From the NCBI RefSeq assembly GCF_009914755.1, contig NC_060943.1: a stretch of 64,000 nucleotides of DNA. One strand, written 5' to 3'. This document shows, piece by piece, positions 1 to 22,844 of the stretch. A model generated the notes under the pieces. That model was not told the origin of the DNA. It did not search any database and was given only the letters and a program-made list of their open reading frames with translations. This DNA is from the human T2T-CHM13v2.0 reference genome, Homo sapiens. The translations under genes were made by a program, and so were the position numbers. Position 1 is the first letter of the stretch. Each line of letters starts with the position of its first letter.

Positions 1-635
1 AGACACCCACCACCACGCCCGGCTAATTTTTGTTTTTTTAGTAGAGACGGGGTTTTGCCATGTTTCCCGGGCTGGTCTCCAACTCCTGACCTCAAGTGAT
101 CCGCCCACCTCGGCCTCCCAAAGGGCTAGGATTACAGAAGTAAGCCAGTGCACCTGGCCAGCACAATCGTTCTTGCTCCCTAGATGTGAACTGCTGTTTT
201 CACCAGCAGGAGCTAAGGGGCAGGCTGTCTCAGATTAGATGCTTTTTAGAGCACTCTGTAGTTCCTTAAATGGAGCTGCAAATCCACAGGTTGCTGCTCA
301 ATGTCTGACTAGCTTCTACTTTATTTCTGACTTTATTTCTCATCTGTCTCCACCACACCCCTCCCTTCCACATACCCTGCATTCCAGCAAAACTGACCAA
401 TGCATCACATGCCAGACACACCCTGTGATGTCTACCCCAGGACCCTTGCACAGGCTTCTGCCTCAAGAGAGCTCATGATCCAGTGGACAGGCGTGGGCAT
501 TGGAATCTCACAAGCCCAGATCACCTCCCAGTTTCACCTCTTCAATGCTATTGACCTTTGGGGACTGACAAAACCTCTCTGAACTTCAGTTTGCCCAGAT
601 ATAGCATGGACTGAAAAAATGTGTACCTTCTAGGT

Positions 636-1445
<810 letters not shown>

Positions 1446-1538
1446 CTGAATGAGGATTAAAGCTAATGGGACATTTAGCCAGGTGCAGTGGCTCACGCCT
1501 GTAATCCCAGCACTTGGGAGGCCGAGGTGAGCAGATCA

Positions 1539-1832
<294 letters not shown>

Positions 1833-2817
1833 TCACGAGGTTAGGAGTTCAAGACCCGTCTGGCCAAGATGGTGAAACCCCATCTGTACTAAAAATACAA
1901 AAATTAGCCGGACATGGTGGCAGGTGCCTGTAATCCCAGCTACCCAGGAGGCTCAGGCAGAGAATTACTTGAACCCAGTAGGTGGAGGTTGCAGTGAGCC
2001 GAGATTGTGCCACTGCACTCCAGCTTTGGCGACAAAGTGAGACTCTGTCTCAAAAAAAAATATATATATATATTTATATATATATATACACACACACATA
2101 TATACTTACAATACATAATAATATTAATAACATGATATAAATATTAACAACTTAGTATAATGATAGTAAGGATTTACCATGTCAGGCATCTTTCCAAAAA
2201 CTCTTAATATATTAAATCATAGAATTCTCACAACAACTTTTTTTTTTTCAAACGGGGTCTCACTCTGTCACCCAGGCTGGAGTACAGTGGTGCGATCTTG
2301 GTTCACTGCAACCACTAACTCCTGAGTTCAAGCGATTCTCCTACCTCAGCCCCCTGAGTAGCTGGGACTACAGGAGTGCACTACCATGCCCAGCTAGTTT
2401 TTGTGTTTTAAGTAGAGACAGGGTTTCACCATGTTGGCCAGGCTGGTCTCAAACTCCTGATCTCAAGTGATCTGCCCGCCTCGACCTCCCAACGTGCTGA
2501 GATTACAGGCACCTGGCACCGTGCCCAGCTCGTTTTTGCATTTTTAGTAGCGATGGGGTTTCACCATATTGGCCAGGCTGGTCTCGAACTCCTGACCTCA
2601 AGTGATCTACCTGCCTTGGCCTCCCAAAGTGCTGGGATTACAGGCATTATCTACTGCACCAGGCCCTCACAACAACATTTTGATAGTACTATTATTAAGC
2701 TCATTTCACAGATGAGGAACCTGAGAGAGGTAAGGAGAAGTACAATAATCTGCCTAAGGTCGTCGTGGAGCTAGTAATTGGCTAAGCAGCTCCTGGAAGT
2801 CTCGCTAGAGAGTGTCA

Positions 2818-4041
<1,224 letters not shown>

Positions 4042-4331
4042 GTCCCCTCCCTCTTCCTTCTTTCTCCTCCTCACTTCCTTTGTCTCTCTCCCCTTTCTCC
4101 TCACTCTTCCCTCATCTGATTCTCTCTCCATCTGTCTCCTTTTTTGTTGTTGTGGTGGTGGTTGTTGAGTTGGAGTCTCACTCTGTTGCCCAGTCTGGAG
4201 GCTAATGGCATGACCTTGGCTCACTGCAACGGCTGCCTCCCGAGTTCAAGCAATTCTTCTGCCTCAGCTTCTCAAGTAGCTGCGATTATAGGCACGCACC
4301 TGGATAATTTTTGTTTTGTTCTTTTTTTTGA

Positions 4332-4635
<304 letters not shown>

Positions 4636-5601
4636 TACAAACTCCCTCTATTTACTCTCAAGCTTCTCTGTTTCCACCTCCACTAACCCTGGAACCCTGA
4701 GGCGCCCCAGGCCTGCAGTGTATAAATGCCTTCCTGGCAGGCCTTGCTGAGACTTGAGCTCAGCAGTCCTCACCCTCCTTAATCCTAACCAAACAGGATC
4801 TGTCACTAGGCTCAGCGTGCAGAGGACGCCTCGGGTCCTTTTCCTCCTGCGAAACCACAGAGGCAGCCCTAAGGGCCAAAAAATAAAACAGTGTGGAGGG
4901 CTGGGGGATGAGGGTGGGAGCATGCCTGGCAGGGAACGTTTCTTTTTTTTTCCTCCTTCAAAAATTGGAGGGGAGGCCTGGCGCGGTGGCTCACGCCTGT
5001 AATCCCAGCACTTTGGGAGGCCGAGGCGGGCGGATCATCTGAAGTCAGGAGTTGGAGATCAACCAGACCAATATGGTGAAACCCCATCTATACTAAAAAT
5101 ACAAAAATTAGCCAGGTGTGGTGGTGGGAGGCTGTAGTCCGAGCTACTCAGGAGGCTGAAACAGAAGAATTGCTTGAACCCGAGAGTTAGGTGGCAGTGA
5201 GCCGAGATCGTGCCATTGCCCTCCAGCCTGGGTGACAGAGTGAGTCTCAAACAAACAAACAAGCAAAAAAAAAAAAAAAACAAGGAAGGGGATCAAAACT
5301 GTCAGTTGGGACAAATACAGGCTTTACTATGGTAATTCTCTGGCTTTGAGCCAAGGACTGCACCCTCCCCAGGGGGCAGCGCTGAGAGCTGAGTCACCCA
5401 GGATGGTTTAAAATTAAACTCAATTTTCAACATTGTAACTCCTCACAGACAAACACAACTGTGTTTACTAATAGCATTTCTCGGTTTTATCTGACTTTTG
5501 AGTTCTGAAGTCGGGAGATGTGGAGGCTGGAAGTATAAACTGAGACGAAGTGGGCAGAACAGCTCCCTCCCGGCTTCCCCATCCCCAGCCAGCCTCTCTG
5601 A

Positions 5602-5811
<210 letters not shown>

Positions 5812-6063
5812 TAAAGTAGCGATGGCGTTTCACCATGATGGCCAGGCTGGTCTCGAACTACTGACCTCAGGTGGTCCGCCCACCTCGGTCTCCCAAAATG
5901 CTGGGATTACAGGCATGAGCTCCTGCACCTGGCCCAGCCTCTCTGGTTTTGATCTAAGTCATGCCCAAAGCTTGGAAGCGGCTTTACACTACCTTTCTTT
6001 GCTCAAAAATTTGCCATCCATCTATCTGTCTGTCCATGCAATAAATATCTAGTGATCTAATAG

Positions 6064-6396
<333 letters not shown>

Positions 6397-7273
6397 TGAT
6401 TACAGGTGTGAGCCATCGCGCCCGGCCCTATTATTACTATTACTACTATAACAATAAAAACAGCAATTTATTTATTTATTTATTGCAAGACAGAGTCTTA
6501 CACTGTTGCCCAGGCTGGAGTGCAGTGGCAGATCACGGCTCACTGCAGCCGCAACCTCCCAGCCTGAAGCTATCTTTCTGCCTCAGCCTCCTGAGTAGCT
6601 GAGACCACAGGTGTGTGCCACTATGCCTAGCTAGTTCTTTAATTTTTGTAGAGATGGGGTCTAGCTATGTTGCCAGGGCTAGTTTTGATTTTTTTTTTCT
6701 TGTAGAGGTAGGGTCTTGCTGCATTGCCCAGGCTGGCCTCGAGCTCCTGGGCTCAAGCGATTCTCTCGCCTCAGGCTCTCAAAGTGCTGGGACTTTGGCT
6801 GGGATTACAGGCGTGCACCATCATGCCTGGCTAATTTTTGTATTTTTTGATAGAGACATGATTTCACTGTGTTTTCCCGGCTGGTCTCGAACTCCTGGCC
6901 TCAAGTGATCCTCCTGCCTCGGCTTCCCAAAGTGGTGGGATTACAGGCATGAGCCACTATGCCCAGCTCCATCTCTCTCTTCTATCTGCTGCTACTTCTA
7001 GAATACGTAGTGGGCGCAGAATAGGGACTATTTAAGTGTTTGCTGGCCAGACATGGTATCCCATGCCTGTAATCCCAGTACTTTGGGAGACACATAGCCC
7101 CTATTCTGTACCCACTACGTATTCTAGGAGTTGTTTATTTAGTCCTTCTAGAAACATTTCAAACCTGATGTGGTGGCTCACGCCTGTAACCCCAACACTT
7201 TGAGAGGCTGAGGCAGGAGAATCGCTTGAACCCAAGAGTTTGAGGCCAGGCTGAGCAATGTAGCAAGACCCTA

Positions 7274-7519
<246 letters not shown>

Positions 7520-7974
7520 TTATAGAGGAGGATACAGAGGTTCAGAGAGGCCCCCAAGTCGTATGGCTGAGCTGGGATTTGAACCCACAATGATGGGTGC
7601 TCTTCACCACCTTGCAGCTTGCCACTCTCATGAAAAACATACAGTCTGGTGCGGCACACATGATAACTACACAAACAAGGTAATTCAGATATTTAAATGC
7701 TCTAAAGATTCTACATCAGGTTATTTCCAGTATTATTTTCCTGGTCATCCCTGGAAGGATGAGAAGGAACCAACCTTCAGAAGAGCTGCAGAGAGAACAC
7801 CCAGACAGAGTAAAAAGCAAGTGCAAAGGCCCTGTGGTCCAAACCACTTAAAAAGATTTGGAAGCAGCAGAGGTCAGAGTAGCAGGAAGGAAGAGACAAG
7901 AGGCAACAGAGCAGGATATGATGATTTCAGGCCACAGGGGGAGTTTGGGTTTCGTTGTTTCTTTTTTGAGATAG

Positions 7975-8763
<789 letters not shown>

Positions 8764-9427
8764 TAGGCTGGTTTGGGTTTTATCCCCAGTAGGACAGGAT
8801 TCTAGGAGCACAGCAGGGATGGGGTGGCCATTTTACAAGCACTCCAGGGGTGGGGTTGGTAAAAGCGTCACGTCCCAGCTGTCCTCCCTCTAGGATGTTT
8901 ATCACCCCTGTCCTGCAAGATCTAATTCTATGATGTCTTTGCTGCCCCTGAATGACAACAACAAGGCAGATTACCCCAACTCTTTCCCCTCTGCTGTATA
9001 TTTAAGCACCTCCCCTTTGACTTTATATCCTGGACTAGTCTGTGTAAAGACAAAGAAAAACGAGAAACAAGATGCTTAATTCTTCCTGTATTCTGGTTTC
9101 GGGGAAGGGTCAAAATATAACTTCAGTGGATGCCTTGCTCCAAATTGCAAAACTCCCTCCTGTCATGATGAAAGATGTGTTTTTCCCCTGGATAAAGCCA
9201 ATTAGCTCACACCGTCGTCACAATGACTAGGTGGCTCCAGGATGAACTATGCGTTTGATAAACGGTGCTGTCAAGTTCTGTTACTGGAGAACTAATGATT
9301 ATTTATCATGAGGCATGAAGGTGACAGGTTTATCTGCTTGGCTATAGAAAAAGGGTGAGATGTAGGCTGGACACGATGGCTCATGTCTGTAATCCCAGCA
9401 CTTTGGGAGGCCGAGGTGGGCAGATCA

Positions 9428-9742
<315 letters not shown>

Positions 9743-10213
9743 TCACTTGAGGCTAGGAGTCTGAGACCAGCCATGGTAAGACCCCATTTCTACTAAAAAT
9801 ACAAAAATGAGGGCTGGGCATGGTGGCTCAAATGCCTGTAATCCCAGCATATTGGAAGGCCAAGGTGGGTGGATCGCTTGAGTTCAGGAGTTTGAGATCA
9901 GCCTGGCCAACATGGCAAAACCCCGTCTCTACTAAAAATAAAAAAATTAGCCAGACATGGTGGCGGGCGCCTGTAATCCCAAAAAAAATTAGCCAGACAT
10001 GGTGGCGGGCGCCTGTAATCCCAGCTACTCCGGAGGCTGAGGTGGAAGGATCATTTGAACCGGGGAGGGGAAGGTTGCAGTGAGCCAAGTTCACACCACT
10101 ACAATCCAGCCTGGGCGACAAAGCGAGACTCCGTCTCAAAAACAAAACAAGGCCGGGTGCAGTGGCGCATGCCTGTAATCCCAGCACTTTGGGAGGCTGA
10201 GATGGGTGGATCA

Positions 10214-10447
<234 letters not shown>

Positions 10448-11551
10448 TTAGCTGGGTATGGTGTCTCTTGCCTGTAATCCTAGCTACTCAAGAGGCTGAG
10501 GCAGGAGAATCGCTTGAGCCCAGGAGGCGGACCTTACAGTGAGCTGAGATCACTGAACTGCACTCCAGTTTGGGCGACAGAGCGAGACTCTGTCTCAAAA
10601 AAATAAATAAATAAAATAAATGAAAAAGGGCAAGATTTCTTTCTGCCTTTGCAATGTCCTAGGCCTTATCTACGACGTGCACCACACTCTGGATGAATGC
10701 TTATTCAGTGATAACATTAAGGGGTATTTTTTTCCTTTCCCTTCTACTTTTGTGGAGAGGTTTCCTGAGTTGAGAGAAGATTCTTGCATTTAGTTGTATT
10801 TCCACAACATCAGCACGTCCTACATTTTTTAAATCTGCCCAGCCAGCCTGAATTTCAGGAAGCCAGAGAGGCCCTAGTTGGTTGCTCTTATTTATTTACT
10901 TAGAGACACAGTCTCACTCTGTTGCCCCAAGCTGGAGTGCAGTGATGGAAATCTCCGCTCACTCCAACCTCTGCCTCGTGGATTCAAGTGATTCTCGTGC
11001 TTCAGCCTCCCGAGGAGCTCGGATTACAGGCACTGACCACCACACCCAGCTAATTTTTTTGTATTTTTAGTAGAGATAGGGTTTCGCCATGTTGGCCAGG
11101 CTGGTCTCGAACTCCCAACCTGAGTTGATCTGCCCGCCTCGGCCTCCCAAAGCGCTGGGATTACAGGTGTGAGCCACGGCGCCTGGCCTGTTGCTATAAT
11201 TTTAGAGAAACACAGTGGGCTCTATCATTAGTCCTGGGTTCAAATCCTGTGTGGTCCTGGATAGGCCACTCAAATTCTGCTTGTTTCCTCTCTAGTAAAT
11301 TAGGGTTACGTCTGACAGCATCTATTTTGGAGAGTCATTGCTAGGACTAATGGTGACAAAGAACTTAATACAGATCCTAGCCCAGATCAAACAATTTTAG
11401 TTAATAGTAATAACCACCTTGCTTTTAGGATAGCTGAGACTCACTGGGCCAGCACCATGCCAAGCTCCTATCTTAGTAACAATGAAATGAGGCCTACCTT
11501 TACAATAAAAGCTAACATATCCTGTTGGCCATGTGGCAGGCACTGGGCTAA

Positions 11552-11773
<222 letters not shown>

Positions 11774-12189
11774 TAGTCTTGAACTCTTGAGCTAAAGTGA
11801 TCCGCCTGCCTTGGCCTCCCAAAGTGTGGAATTACAGGCGTGAGTCACCGTGCCTGGCTGTCTGCCTTTACTTTCTTTCTGTCCTTTTTTTTTTTTTTTT
11901 TTTTTTTTTGCTTTGAGACAGAGTCTCAATCTGTTGTCCAAGCTGGAGTGCAGCCGAACAATCATACCTCACTGTAGCCTCAACCTCCTGGACCCAAATG
12001 ATCCTCCGACCTCAGCCTCCTGAGTAGCTGGGACTACAGGCACGTAACATCATGCCTGGCTAATTTTTATTTTATTTTTAGTAGAGAAGGTTTTGCTGTA
12101 TTGCCCAGGCTGTTCTCAAACTACTGAGCTCAAGTGATCCTCCCATCTTGGCCTCCCAAAATGTTGGGACTGCAGGCCTGGCTAATTAA

Positions 12190-12720
<531 letters not shown>

Positions 12721-13419
12721 TAACTATCGTCACCCTGCTATACAATAGATGTCTTGAATTTTTTCCTCCCATCTAACTGTAATTATGTATCTTTTTACCA
12801 CCTCTCCTCATCCATCTTCCTCAACACCCTTCCCAGCCTCTGGTAACCACCATGGTAACCTGCAGACACCTTCATCTCCAACTTCCGGCCTGCAGAACGG
12901 AGAGATGATACATTTCTGTTGTTGAGGCCTCCAGTCTATGGTACTTGGTTATATCAGCCTCAGAAAACTAATGCAACCTCCAAATCCCTCATCGCTCCCT
13001 CTGAGTGTCTTGTCTACTTTTTCTCCAGTGTCCTGTAAGTCCTCAAAGCCTGCAGGGGCACATAGCAGGGGCTCAATGTACAAATGCCCATTCACTGACT
13101 ACATGATCCTCCCAGGAGAGGTAGGAGAAACATGAGCCAGTTAAAGAAGAGAGACTGGGGTCGGGTGCGATGGCTCATGCCTGTAATCCCAGCACTTTGG
13201 GAAGATGAAGCAGGAGGATTGCTTGAGTCCAGGAGTTCAGGACCAGCTTGGGCAACATAGGGAGACCCTTTTTCTCTACTTTTATTTATTTTTATTTTTT
13301 ATTTTTTTGGAGACGAAGTCTTGCTCCTGTCCCCCAGGCTGGGGTGCGATGGCATGATCTCGGCTCAATGCAACCTCCGCCTCCTGGGTTCAAGCGATTC
13401 TCTTGCCTCTGCTTCCTGA

Positions 13420-13665
<246 letters not shown>

Positions 13666-13681
13666 TGAGGTGGGCAGATCA

Positions 13682-13987
<306 letters not shown>

Positions 13988-14048
13988 TCACCTGAGATCA
14001 GGAGTTTGAAACCAGCCTGACCAACATAGTGAAAACCCATCTCTACTA

Positions 14049-14390
<342 letters not shown>

Positions 14391-14908
14391 TCAGCCAATA
14401 TCTCTAAGCTCCCCGTGGGATTGTGAATCCTACATGTCCCCCACCCCAGGCTTGCATGAAAAATAAGGTTTCTCTTGGGTGCCACACAGAGAGGATCCCT
14501 TCTGTGTCCCTCAAGCCATCTGTGACCGTCCCACTTCATAAAAGCAAAGGTCACTTGCTCATTGAAACTTCCTCTGTGCCAGGCAAGAGCTGCATCGCCC
14601 CAACAGGCCCCTCAAGCAAGATGCTATTATCATTATCATGATGCCCTTTTTGCAGATGGGGAAAAGTGAGGCTCAGAAAGACCAAGTCCGCAGGCCCCAT
14701 CTCTACTGAAAATACAAAAACATTAGCGCCCGTAATCCCAGCTACTCCGGAGGCTGAGGCAGGAGAATTGCTGAGATCGCGCCATTGCACTCCAGCCTGG
14801 GCGACAAGACCAAAACTCTGTCTCAAAAAAAAAAAGAAAAAGAAAGTAAAGGGGGAGAAGGAAAGGAAGAGGGTGGTTGGGAACACAGAAGAGGTGACAA
14901 TTGGGTAG

Positions 14909-15019
<111 letters not shown>

Positions 15020-15338
15020 TAGACCAACCTGGCCAACACAGGGAGACCTCGTCTCTGCAAAATATTTAAAAACAATTAGCTGAGCTAGGTGGCACACATC
15101 TGTGGTCCCAGCTACTTGGGAGGCTGAATTGGGAGAAGCACTTGAGTTTGGAGGTCTAGGCTGCTGTGAGCCGTGATCATGCCACCATACTCCAGCCTGG
15201 GCAACAGAGCAAGATCCTGTCAAAAAAAGGAAGGAAGGAGTGGGGTTGACATGCAAGGCCATTTGAGGATGGGCTGGGACATTGTGGACTCATTTCCCTC
15301 CTCCCCAGAGGACCAGAAGGAGCAAGAGATCCCCTTAC

Positions 15339-15420
15339 CTGTGGGCAGCAGGTATCTCAGCATTAGTAACACCAGGGCCCACCGCCGGCCTCCAGGGGCA
15401 CCCTGCCACAGGCCAGCCAT
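15339..15420 (-). CDS. Candidate first coding exon encoding a signal-peptide-like leader MAGLWQGAPGGRRWALVLLMLRYLLPT (phase-1 end); probable distal exon of the neighbouring minus-strand gene MUC16
   Basis: ATG at 15420 with G at +4 and an in-frame TGA immediately upstream. Basic n-region then hydrophobic core. 82 nt ending in CAG|GTAAGG (GT at 15338-15337). Lies in non-repetitive sequence. The link to MUC16 is inferred from locus context. Confidence 0.6.
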
Positions 15421-15555
15421 TCACGGCTTCAGGAAGACTTGGGGGCTGCTCTTTGCCCTCGTTCCAGCCCCCCAGCCAAGCCCAGAGACATGTCCAGCAG
15501 CTCCAGGCGGCCAGGTGCCTAAGATCTGGCGGGTATCAAATGTGCCCAGTCAGCC

Positions 15556-15621
15556 TAATCCCTGCGAGGCTGGGCGGGGCTGGGAAGGATCCCCTCGCCT
15601 ATTCCCAGGCCCTGATTGGCT
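15556..15621 (-). promoter_or_regulatory. Candidate TATA-less proximal promoter (NF-Y CCAAT box + Sp1 GC box)
   Basis: AGCCAATCAG on the minus strand (ATTGG at 15615-15619), TGGGCGGGGC at 15571-15580 and TAATCC at 15556-15561, about 135-200 bp upstream of the ATG at 15420. Confidence 0.55.
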
Positions 15622-16660
15622 CCCTGGGCCCTTGGTTCTGCCTGTCTGGGCTCCCAGGAAGACAGGGCTCCATGGGCATTGAGGGGAGCGGGAGTTTCAG
15701 CTGCCAGGCTCAGCTGCGGGTGTCAGGAAAAGTCTCCCTAGAATGTTCCCCAGACCCAGAGCTGCACTGCGACTTTCATGGGCCACAATCACTTTTGCAA
15801 TTTACCCATTACTTTTTTTTTTTTTTTTTGAAAGGAAGTCCTATTGTGTTGCCCAGGCTGGAATGCAGTGGTGCCATCTTGTCTCACAGCAAACTCCGCC
15901 TCCCGGTTCAAGCGATTCTTGTACCTCAGCCTCCCGAGTAGCTAGGACTACAGGCACACACCACCATGCCCAGCTAATTTTTGTATTTTTTAGTAGAGAC
16001 AGGGTTTCACCATGTTGGTCAGGCTGGTCTCCAACTCCCTATCTCAAGTGATCCGCCAGCCTTGGCCTCACAAAGTGCTGAGATTACAGGCGTGAGCCAC
16101 AGCGCCCAGCCTATACTTACATTCCTCCCTCCCCAGCTTTATTGAAGGATGATTGGCAAATAAAACATTAAATGTCTTATAATTTGTAATAATTTTTGAG
16201 CAAAGAGGCTCCCATTTTCACTTTGCACTGGACCCTGCAAATCACGCCTCTGGTCCTGCTGCAAGCGGTAGTCTCTGCTATTCCACAGCAGCCTCATGTT
16301 CTCTCTCTGTGACGCTCTGAATTGTATCCCCCTCAAATTCACAAGTTGAAGCCTTTACTTCCGATGTGACTGCATTCAGCAACAGTTTTCAGGCTGGGCG
16401 CAGTGGCTCATGCCTGTAATCCCAGCACTTTGGGAGGCCGAGGAGGGTGGATCACCTGAGGTCGGGAGTTCGAGACCAACCTGACCAACATGGAGAAACC
16501 CCATCTCTACTAAAAATACAAAAATCAGCTGGGTGTGGTGGTGGGCACCTGTAATCCCAGCTACTCAGGAGGATTCAAGCGATTCTTCTGCCTCAGCCTC
16601 CCAAGTAGCTGGGATTACAGGTGCACGCCACTACACCTGGGTAATTTTTTTTTTTTTTAG

Positions 16661-16762
<102 letters not shown>

Positions 16763-16856
16763 TGAGTAGCTGGGACTGCAGGCAGTGCCACCATTTTTGT
16801 AATTTTAGTAGATTTTTGTACTTTTAATAGAGACAGGGTTTCACCATGTTAGCTAG

Positions 16857-17105
<249 letters not shown>

Positions 17106-17712
17106 TAATTTTTGTATTTTTAGTAGAGACAGGGTTTCACCATGTTGCCCAGTCTGGTCTCGAACTCCTGAGCTCAAGCAATCCTCCCGACTCTACTTCC
17201 CAATGTGCTGGGATTATAGGCATGAGCCACTGCACTTGGTCATCTAAGTCTTATTGCTTATCTCCAGCACCTATCAACTTAGAATATGCTTGCTAAATGA
17301 ATAAATATGTGAATTAAAGAATAAGTGGGCTGGGCATGGTGGCTCACACTTGTAATCCCAGCACTTTGGGAGGCTGGGTCAGGTGGATCATGAGGTCAGG
17401 AGTTCAAGACCAGCCTGACCAACATGGTGAAACCCTGTCTGTACTAAAAATACAAAAAATTAGCTGGGCGTGGTAGTGGGCACCTGTAATCCCAGCTACT
17501 TGGGAGGCTGTGGCAGAGAATTGCCTGCATCAGGGAGGCGGAGGTTGCAGTGAGCCGAGATCGTGCCACTGCATTCCAGCCTGGGAGACAGAGTGAGTCC
17601 GTCTCAAAAAAAAAAAAAAAATGAAAATAGAGTTGGCTTTGAGTGGAGAGAAATCAAGGAGGACCACCCAGAGGAGGTATTCAAAACCTTCCAGTTAAAA
17701 TTTGCCCACCAG

Positions 17713-19326
<1,614 letters not shown>

Positions 19327-19756
19327 TAGAGACTGGGTCTGGATATGTTGCCCAGGGTTTTTGTTTTTTTTTATGTGGGGGTGGGTGGGTGGGGGGTGAG
19401 GACCGAGCCTTGCTCTGACACCCAGGTTTGAGTATAGTGGTGTGATCTTGGCTCACTGCAACCTCCGCCTCCCGGGTTCAAGTAATTTTCATGCCTAGCC
19501 TCCCAAGTAGCTGGGACTACAGGTGCTCGCCACCACACCTGGCTAATTTTTTTTTTTGTATTTCTAATAGAGACAAGGTTTCACCATGTTGGCCAGGCTG
19601 GTCTCAAACTCCTGAGTTCAGGTGATCTGCCTGCCTTAGCCTCCCAGAGTATTGGGATTACAGGTGTGAGTTCGGCTCCAGGCTGGATCTTGAATTCCTG
19701 GGCTCAAGCCATCCTTCTGCCTCAGCCTCCCAGAATGCTGGGATTACAAAGCTTGA

Positions 19757-20011
<255 letters not shown>

Positions 20012-20587
20012 TGAACTCCTGACCTCGTGGTCTGCCCACCTTGGCCTCTCAAAGTGCTGGGATTACAGATGTGAGGCACTGCTCCTGGCCAGGTTCCTCT
20101 TTTCAAAGGCAGCTCCCGGGGGCACGGCTGACTTGTGTCTGGTAACTTTTTTTTTTTTTTAAGGAAAACCATCTAGTTTTTTGGGAAAACCAGACTCAGA
20201 GCTCAGAGGATCTGAGCAGAGATTTAGGCTCCTGGGTCCTCCAGCTCCTTGAACCCACGGGGAATCCAGCAGCGGTTGCTCCCTTCCCCCCTAAGGAATG
20301 CAGGAACCCTGCCCAGAAGTGGCATTAGTAACTGAGCTCTCCCTTTGTCCCTAAGCTGCCATTCCATTGTCTTCCCCCAGTGATCACGGAAAAGGTCCTG
20401 GAGGGTGGAGGAGAGGTGCTCAGAATGGAGGAGGAGGAGGGGTGCTGGGACTGCTCAGCTCCTGCTGAAGTAAACACCTGCTCTGTGTTCCATAAGCTGG
20501 GACCCCAGGGTCAGGCCAAAGGGAAATGGATACCCCGGGTTTGGGTGGTCGCCACAAATTCTAATGCATGTACTACCTACATCATAG

Positions 20588-21275
<688 letters not shown>

Positions 21276-21284
21276 TAAAATGCT

Positions 21285-21630
21285 TCTAACCTTTAAGCTG
21301 TCCTTGTTCATTCCTGGGCTTAGGCCAAACTAACTTTGGGAAGGAATTCAGCTGATGGTTTGACTCTGAAACAAAACTGATAACAGCCCTTTCCCTAAAA
21401 GACCCACTTCTTGCCTGGGAACCAGTCTGCCTTTGCAGGACTAACAAATTAGCTACAAGATTAGAAATTACAGTTTAGGAGTCATGCAGCCTCTGGGTCC
21501 AAGAGTCTGAACGTCCCCAAATTGCTCCCAGAGGTAGCATCACTATTGTAAAACCTAAAATCAGTGCTTGAGATAGTTTGCAGACCCTGCACTCGATGGA
21601 TCAGCTGACACCACCCAGACCATCAGACCA
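21285..21630 (+). mobile_element. LTR8-family ERV1 LTR fragment
   Basis: CTTTGCAGGACTAACAAATTAGCTACAAGATTAGAAATTACAGTTTAGG and GATCAGCTGACACCACCCAGAC motifs. Truncated by Alu sequence on both sides. Confidence 0.75.
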
Positions 21631-22042
21631 GACCAGTCAAGATCGCACCATTGCACTCCAGCCTGGGCAACAAGAGTGAAACCCCATCTCAGAAAAAAAA
21701 AAAAAAAAAAAAAAGAAGGAAAAGAAAGAAACTCTACACTTCCTGTCCTTATTCCTGGGAATTTATTTAACAATTTAATTTCTCACCATACCCGAGGGAA
21801 GGCACAGCCTATTGCAAAGTCATTTTGCACGAAAGCAAACTGGGGCTCAGAGAACCAGGCCTCCAGTCAGTGCTGGTGTCATGGACAACCAGGCTGAGGG
21901 CCCATGGCAGAACCTGTTTTATGACATGGCTGCTCTCCCTGAAGCCAGTGAGGCACAAAGCCTAGGGGAGTGGACAAGGGACAGGAAGGTGTGGGTTTCC
22001 ATCCTGCTGTGTGACCTTGGGGAAGTCACCTAACCTCTCTGA

Positions 22043-22297
<255 letters not shown>

Positions 22298-22408
22298 TGA
22301 TTTGCCCACCTCAGCTTCCCAAAGTGCTGGGATTACAGGCATGAGCCACCGTGCCCAGCCTTCTTGTTTTTAGTTTTTTTTTTTTTAATGAAAAAAAAAG
22401 TATTATTA

Positions 22409-22844
<436 letters not shown>

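Noticed and set aside
15220-15338. C-terminal part of the 66-aa minus-strand ORF
   Set aside because: It reads through the GTAAGG donor and is treated as intron.
15173-15941. Plus-strand ORFs of 169 and 219 aa
   Set aside because: Non-ATG or Alu-derived ends and no domain. GC richness explains the open frames, and the splice and promoter signals favour the minus-strand exon.
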